Shown here: in pieces, positions 36,947 through 41,551 of the stretch
How positions within the stretch are numbered: the first letter of the stretch is position 1
How the letters are laid out: every line of letters begins with the position of its first letter
NCBI GenBank assembly: GCA_051003195.1
Contig: JBPCLP010000050.1
Coordinates: forward strand, 1-41,551
Reading direction: 5' to 3'
DNA: 41,551 bases
Source: Candidatus Sumerlaeaceae bacterium
Lineage (GTDB): Bacteria; Sumerlaeota; Sumerlaeia; Sumerlaeales; Sumerlaeaceae
Position numbers and translations under genes: made by a program
Notes under the pieces: model-generated
What the model saw: the letters and a program-made list of their open reading frames with translations, nothing else
Databases searched by the model: none
Told to the model about the DNA's origin: nothing

Positions 36947-38248
36947 GTGCCCGGCACTGAAGCCATAACAACCCCACCACCTGGCGATATAACCCAGGTG
37001 GTGGAGCACCTTTTCCGCCACGAGGCAGCGAAGATGGTGTCTGCTCTGACACGTATTTTCGGCTTCGAAAACCTGAGCCTCGCGGAAGACGTGGTGCAGG
37101 AAGCGTTACTGCGGGCACTGAAAACGTGGCCATTTTACGGCGTGCCGCAGAACCCTGCGGCGTGGATTATGCAGGTGTCGAAGAACCTGGCAATGGACGT
37201 CGTGCGGCGCGAGAAAACCTTTCGCGATAAGGAAGCCGACATTGGCGCACTGAAAGTTTCAGCGGATTCGGCCGGAGAGACAGAGGTGCACCTCGCGCGT
37301 GAATTCACGGACGACCGCCTGCGCATGATGTTTGTTTGCTGTCATCCGGTGGTTCCATCGGAGGCGCAGATTGCGCTGGCGCTGAAAACCCTGTGCGGTT
37401 TCAGTGTCGGCGAAATTGCCCGTGCTTTTCTGACGAATGAGGCCGCCGTCGCAAAGCGGCTCACGCGGGCGAAACAGAAGATCCGCGAGGCGCGTATACC
37501 GTTCGAGATCCCCGGTGCCGCGGAACTCGAGGATCGGCTGGACACGGTTTTGCAGACGCTGTACCTCCTGTTCAACGAAGGGTATAAGGCTTCCATCGGA
37601 GATACGCTTGTGCGCGAGGAGCTTTGCAAGGAAGCCATTCGCATGGTGTCCCTGCTGGTCGAGCATCCTTCAGGCAACCAGCCCAGGACTCATGCGCTCC
37701 TGGCGCTGATGCTGTTCGGTACGGCGCGGCTGCCAAGCCGGACGGACGCCGACGGAAACCTGCTCCGCCTGAAAGAACAGGACCGTACCCTCTGGGACGC
37801 ATCAGTGATCGCGCGTGGCATGTACCATCTCGCGATGTCCGCATCAGGAAATGATCTGTCGGTTTACCACCTGGAGGCCGCCATTGCCGCGGCGCACTGT
37901 TCTGCGCTAACTTACGAAAGTACCGATTGGAATCACATTGTCGCACTGTATGATATGCTTACGCACCTGGATGATTCCGTGATCGTGGCGCTGAACCGCG
38001 CGATCGCCGTGGCACAGATGCAAGGCGCACGCAGCGGATTGGATGCACTTGCCTCCATTGGAAACCAGGAGAAGCTAAACGCCTATTACCTCTATCATGC
38101 AGCAAAAGCTGAGTTCGAGATGCAGTTGCAGCAAACAGACTCCGCCGCAAAGCACCTGCGCAAGGCGCTGGAACTGACACAGATCCATTCCGAGCAGATA
38201 TTTTTGCGCTCGCGGCTACGCCTGTGCGAACCCCACGTGTGTGCGTAG
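36947..38248 (+). CDS. ECF42-type sigma factor with C-terminal TPR-like extension (DUF6596)
   Basis: AEDVVQEA...WP..GVP.NP.AW, DDRLRMMFVCCHP, LYLLFNEGY, QDRTLWD and ALNRAIAV motifs. Adjacent to the DGPF gene. Confidence 0.93.
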   Translation: MPGTEAITTPPPGDITQVVEHLFRHEAAKMVSALTRIFGFENLSLAEDVVQEALLRALKTWPFYGVPQNPAAWIMQVSKNLAMDVVRREKTFRDKEADIGALKVSADSAGETEVHLAREFTDDRLRMMFVCCHPVVPSEAQIALALKTLCGFSVGEIARAFLTNEAAVAKRLTRAKQKIREARIPFEIPGAAELEDRLDTVLQTLYLLFNEGYKASIGDTLVREELCKEAIRMVSLLVEHPSGNQPRTHALLALMLFGTARLPSRTDADGNLLRLKEQDRTLWDASVIARGMYHLAMSASGNDLSVYHLEAAIAAAHCSALTYESTDWNHIVALYDMLTHLDDSVIVALNRAIAVAQMQGARSGLDALASIGNQEKLNAYYLYHAAKAEFEMQLQQTDSAAKHLRKALELTQIHSEQIFLRSRLRLCEPHVCA

Positions 38249-38290
38249 TTCCGGCTGACTAAATCAAGGGTGTCCCAGTAGCGGAAGCGG

Positions 38291-39469
38291 TTACAGGCCG
38301 ATCAGGATTCCGTTTTTGGATTTCGTGCCGAATGGATGGAAGCCGCCAAAGCCGATTTCGTAAAACGCAGGATTTCCCAGCCCAGCGTCATCGGTCGACT
38401 GGAACCGGAATTGTTTGACCGGCAGAGCGCCACCGGGACCGGGCGCCACGAAAATGTTCGAATCGGGGGAGCTGTCGCACGGAGTTGTAATGCACACTAT
38501 ACCAACCCGTATTCCGCCGCGAACAGGACCATATGGTACGATACTATGCGCTACCGAGAAGGGCTGGTTCGGATTATTTGGGTTGAATGCAAAGGCCTGC
38601 ACCGCGGGGAGCAACAGCGCGATCAGTCCGTTTTTACTTGGGCCGGGACCTGTCACAATCTCCGCCACCCCGTCGCCGTTCACGTCGCCGGCTGCGACCC
38701 ATACACCGCCTGCGAAGGCTGGATCGTAGGCGAGAAATTGCGCGTGGACGGAACCGTCGGGCATCAGCAGCTTTACGTGGGGTCCGCCGCCAGGGCCTGC
38801 GGCACAGATGAGTTCACGCCCACCTAGAGAGTAATCCACCGTCGCAACACGAACGCCTCCGTTAAAGTCTGCAAACGGAACGATGGCGCTAAGCGCACCG
38901 GTGACCGGTATGACCGAACCATCCCCGACTAATGAGAAGATCCGAACCTGCGATCCGAGAGTCGGCAATTGTATCGCTGGAAGAACGCGTGTGCTGGCAT
39001 CCTGGCCGATAAGAATTTCGGCTGTGCCGTCACCATCCATATCTCCGGCGGCCACGAAGACGCCGTCCGTCCACTCGTTGGTGAACGGGAAAAATGAAGC
39101 GAGCTGAGTCGGCTGTTCGGTATCCAGTGATTTGCCGTCGAAGATTCTGACTGGAAGTGCCGGGCCTTTGCCCGGGCCAGTAATAAGATCTGCTATACCG
39201 TCACCGTTTACATCGCCGGCTGCAACCCGCACCCCGCCCTTATTATTGCCGTCGGGCTGAAAAGTGGTACCCTTACGGCCACCCTGCCCCAGGAAATAGT
39301 AGGTGACCAGGCCACCTTTGTCGGTTCCAACGGGAAGTACATTCGAATCGGGGCAGATGGCACTGGCAACGCCGGCATTGAGCGACAAAGCAATCGCCGC
39401 TGCCCCAACAACCACGTGGGGTAAAGACCAATTGCGATAGCGGTTAAACGGTTTCAGATGATCGTGCAT
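38291..39469 (-). CDS. Secreted FG-GAP repeat protein (GGVRVAAGDVNGDG type)
   Basis: Repeats of GGV(R/W/F)VAAGD(V/M)(N/D)GDG..(D/E)...GPG.GG.P.V, a GAGGAG RBS before ATG 39469 and a signal-like segment. Confidence 0.85.
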   Translation of the reverse strand: MHDHLKPFNRYRNWSLPHVVVGAAAIALSLNAGVASAICPDSNVLPVGTDKGGLVTYYFLGQGGRKGTTFQPDGNNKGGVRVAAGDVNGDGIADLITGPGKGPALPVRIFDGKSLDTEQPTQLASFFPFTNEWTDGVFVAAGDMDGDGTAEILIGQDASTRVLPAIQLPTLGSQVRIFSLVGDGSVIPVTGALSAIVPFADFNGGVRVATVDYSLGGRELICAAGPGGGPHVKLLMPDGSVHAQFLAYDPAFAGGVWVAAGDVNGDGVAEIVTGPGPSKNGLIALLLPAVQAFAFNPNNPNQPFSVAHSIVPYGPVRGGIRVGIVCITTPCDSSPDSNIFVAPGPGGALPVKQFRFQSTDDAGLGNPAFYEIGFGGFHPFGTKSKNGILIGL

Positions 39470-39713
39470 TTTAGTACTCCTCAAAGGGTTTGGTGAGAAA
39501 CGCTGGGCTGTGGCAGGCAGCGGTGATGGGATCGTGTCCATTGTCCTGCGCTGCGTTCGATGGACAGTCAACAGCGAGTTTTAATGAATTCAGTTTTTCC
39601 ACAAACAGCAAAGCCGGCGACGGTGGCCGATCGCCACTACCACGTAAAGTGGACTGGAGACAGCCGAACTTCCGACCTGACCTTAGAGCATGCCCGGGCC
39701 CTGTTGCCGCAAC

Positions 39714-40262
39714 TCACCGCCGGGGCCATAGATACCCGAAACCGAGTCCGGTTGCAGCGCCAAACAGGTGGGCGCTCTGCGAGATTCCGTCGGGGCTGAA
39801 ACCCGAAATGAGTTCGCCCCCGACGTAGATCAGCGCGACCAGAACGAGGGTCAGCGGAATCTCACCCCCGCGGATATCGACAACTGCAGTCAGCCCGATC
39901 ATCATGAATACAATGCTGCTGGCTCCGAACAAACCTGTATTGAACAGCATCGCATTCAGGAGCGCGACGACAAAGGCAGTGCCAAGTATCATCATGAGCA
40001 TGCGGCCGCTGCCGTACTTTTCTTCCAGCATCGGACCCAGCAGTAGAATGAGCGCGAGGTTTGCGGTCAAGTGTTGCCACGAACCATGGCCCAGTACATG
40101 GCTGAACAGCCGGAACCATTCAAGCGGGTGGCTCCAGTAGAGCGTTCCCCCTACAGAAAAGTAACTCATCACGAACGTGCGGCTGAACATCGCAAGTAAC
40201 TGAACCAGCACGCAAATCAATGAGAAGCTGAGGACGGCAGGTGCATTGTAGCGGATACGCAT
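39714..40262 (-). CDS. Rhomboid-family intramembrane serine protease
   Basis: H..W.HL..N, LEEKYGS, GASS (catalytic Ser) and AHLFG (catalytic His). Start trimmed to MRIRYNAP to avoid overlap with the SRPBCC gene. Confidence 0.9.
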   Translation of the reverse strand: MRIRYNAPAVLSFSLICVLVQLLAMFSRTFVMSYFSVGGTLYWSHPLEWFRLFSHVLGHGSWQHLTANLALILLLGPMLEEKYGSGRMLMMILGTAFVVALLNAMLFNTGLFGASSIVFMMIGLTAVVDIRGGEIPLTLVLVALIYVGGELISGFSPDGISQSAHLFGAATGLGFGYLWPRR

Positions 40263-40470
40263 GAGTGGCATCCGAAGAGAAGCCCGCCCGCGCTGAACGA
40301 TATCAAGCATTGGAAACGACCAGTGTTGACCAAACTTGAGCTTCGGGATATTTTTCTTTCCCTGTCCTTTCGATGGTCCTCCCTTCGTCATAAAGGCAAA
40401 CAATAAATAGATTTCACGTTCTGCCCGCGGCTCAAAAACCATTTCAGTTAGAGAAAAAGGAGATCTTATC

Positions 40471-40935
40471 ATGTCGCAAAACGCAAACTCCGACACCAGC
40501 ACCATTAAACTACACCGCGTTCTTCGGGCCACGCCAGAGCGCGTTTATCGTGCGTTCCTCGATGCAGATGCGATGGCAAAATGGCTTCCACCGAACGGCT
40601 TCACCGGTAAAGTTTACCAGATGGACGCCAAGGCAGGCGGCACTTACAGTATGTCGTTCACGAACTTTACTACGGGGACGAAGATCTCCTTTGGCGGCAT
40701 ATACCTGGAACTGGTACCGAATGAGCGCATTCGCTATACGGACAAATTCGATGACCCGAACCTGCCAGGCGAAATGCAGACGACCATCACCCTGAAGCCG
40801 GTTTCGGTGGGCACCGAGATCGACATCGTGCAGGAAGGCATTCCGGCAGTCATCCCGGCGGAAGCATGTTACCTCGGCTGGCAGGAATCGCTGGTACTGC
40901 TGGGCAAGTTGGTCGAGGCCGAAATTCCCGACTAG
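40471..40935 (+). CDS. SRPBCC/AHSA1 family protein
   Basis: LHRVLRATPERVYRAF, GG.Y.MSF.NF, ELVPNERIRYTD.FDDPNLPGEM and GWQESL motifs, with an AGGAG RBS. Confidence 0.93.
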   Translation: MSQNANSDTSTIKLHRVLRATPERVYRAFLDADAMAKWLPPNGFTGKVYQMDAKAGGTYSMSFTNFTTGTKISFGGIYLELVPNERIRYTDKFDDPNLPGEMQTTITLKPVSVGTEIDIVQEGIPAVIPAEACYLGWQESLVLLGKLVEAEIPD

Positions 40936-41237
40936 GGTGGTGTCCCAGAGACTTGTTATATATTTTCGCTTTCCGGCGCCCCTTCAGGGCGCGAAAAATG
41001 GGGGTGCTGTAAACCCAGGGCTGCGTCGGCCACAAAAAGCCGTGGCCTCCTTTCCCTGGGCTGTGTTCCGCTGCACCTTCGGTGCAAAAAACCTGAAGGC
41101 TGCGGATTCCAAAAAGCCGGAATCCTGACCCTGGGCTCTGTCCCGCTGCACCTTCGGTGCAAAAAACCTGAGGGCTGCGGATTCCAAAAAGCCGGAATCC
41201 TGAAATTATGCCGCGAATTTCAGGGACAGCGCACTAC
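40932..41237 (+). mobile_element. Miniature inverted-repeat element with REP-like hairpins (family B, copy 2)
   Basis: CTAGGGTGGTGTCCCAG...CAGGGACAGCGCACTAC. It has an extra partial internal unit relative to copy 1. Confidence 0.8.
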
Positions 41238-41238
41238 G

Positions 41239-41428
41239 GTGCCGAATCCGTAGTTCATTACCAGACCAAAGGGCAAACTTACCCTCGATTGGGCACACAG
41301 ACTGATTACAAACTAACGGTAGACCACGCCACTGTGCCGAATCCGTAGGTCCTTATCAGACCAAAAGGCAGACTTGATCTCGATTTGGCACACAGTATCT
41401 GATTACAACTAACGGTAGAACACTCTAG
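41239..41428 (-). repeat. Two tandem ~95-bp family A elements
   Basis: GTGCCGAATCCGTAG begins at 41239 and again at 41334. Both copies match the reverse complement of 29238-29337. Confidence 0.8.
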
Positions 41429-41551
41429 AAGCTGTTTCAAAACCCAGTTGGTAGCGCGATCCATGGTCGTTGCATGGGCATCTTGCCCATGATCATCAAT
41501 GAATCAGGGGCTGGAAGCCCCTGCCACAACCGTAGGGGTCGAGGTTTTGAA
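41425..41551. mobile_element. Third miniature element (family C) with REP-like palindromes, truncated by the window end
   Basis: TTCAAAACC (41436) and GGTTTTGAA (41543-41551) form inverted ends. Internal palindromes are CATGGGCA-TCT-TGCCCATG and CAGGGGCT-GGA-AGCCCCTG. Confidence 0.6.

Noticed and set aside
40263..40532. 90-aa N-terminal extension of the rhomboid ORF
   Set aside because: It overlaps the divergent SRPBCC gene and its promoter region.
41239..41428. Possible CRISPR array
   Set aside because: Two ~95-bp units are similar along their whole length with no unique spacers, and no cas genes are present.

Overview
A 41.5-kb GC-rich bacterial chromosomal segment, by inference most likely from Candidatus Sumerlaeota (BRC1). 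The evidence is two secreted proteins ending in a GWELY(D) tail and a solitary GFTLIELLIVVAIIAILAAIAVPNFLEAQTRSK prepilin. It carries carbohydrate-active enzymes (six-hairpin glycosidase, GH63/GH37-like, GH106, GHL10-FN3) and two FG-GAP/VCBS proteins. Housekeeping and regulatory genes include rpoD, a YyaL-type thioredoxin protein, an NtrC-type regulator, an ABC-2 exporter, an RluA-family pseudouridine synthase, a YciI + ECF42-type sigma pair, a rhomboid and an SRPBCC protein. No tRNA, rRNA or CRISPR array was found. The main leads are: (1) an accessory block behind the rpoD terminator with a large protein carrying two R-x4-H (HEPN-like) motifs, coupled to an EEP nuclease and next to a nucleotidyltransferase pair; (2) a candidate C-terminal GWELY sorting signal; (3) a PurE-like/Clp-N/TsaC-like fusion with degenerate catalytic motifs; (4) CTAG-bounded miniature elements that abut stop codons, stack in tandem and carry covarying hairpins; (5) an FG-GAP protein containing scattered prepilin-like peptides; (6) a probable CTG start codon. 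All family calls are by eye from motifs; no database search was run.
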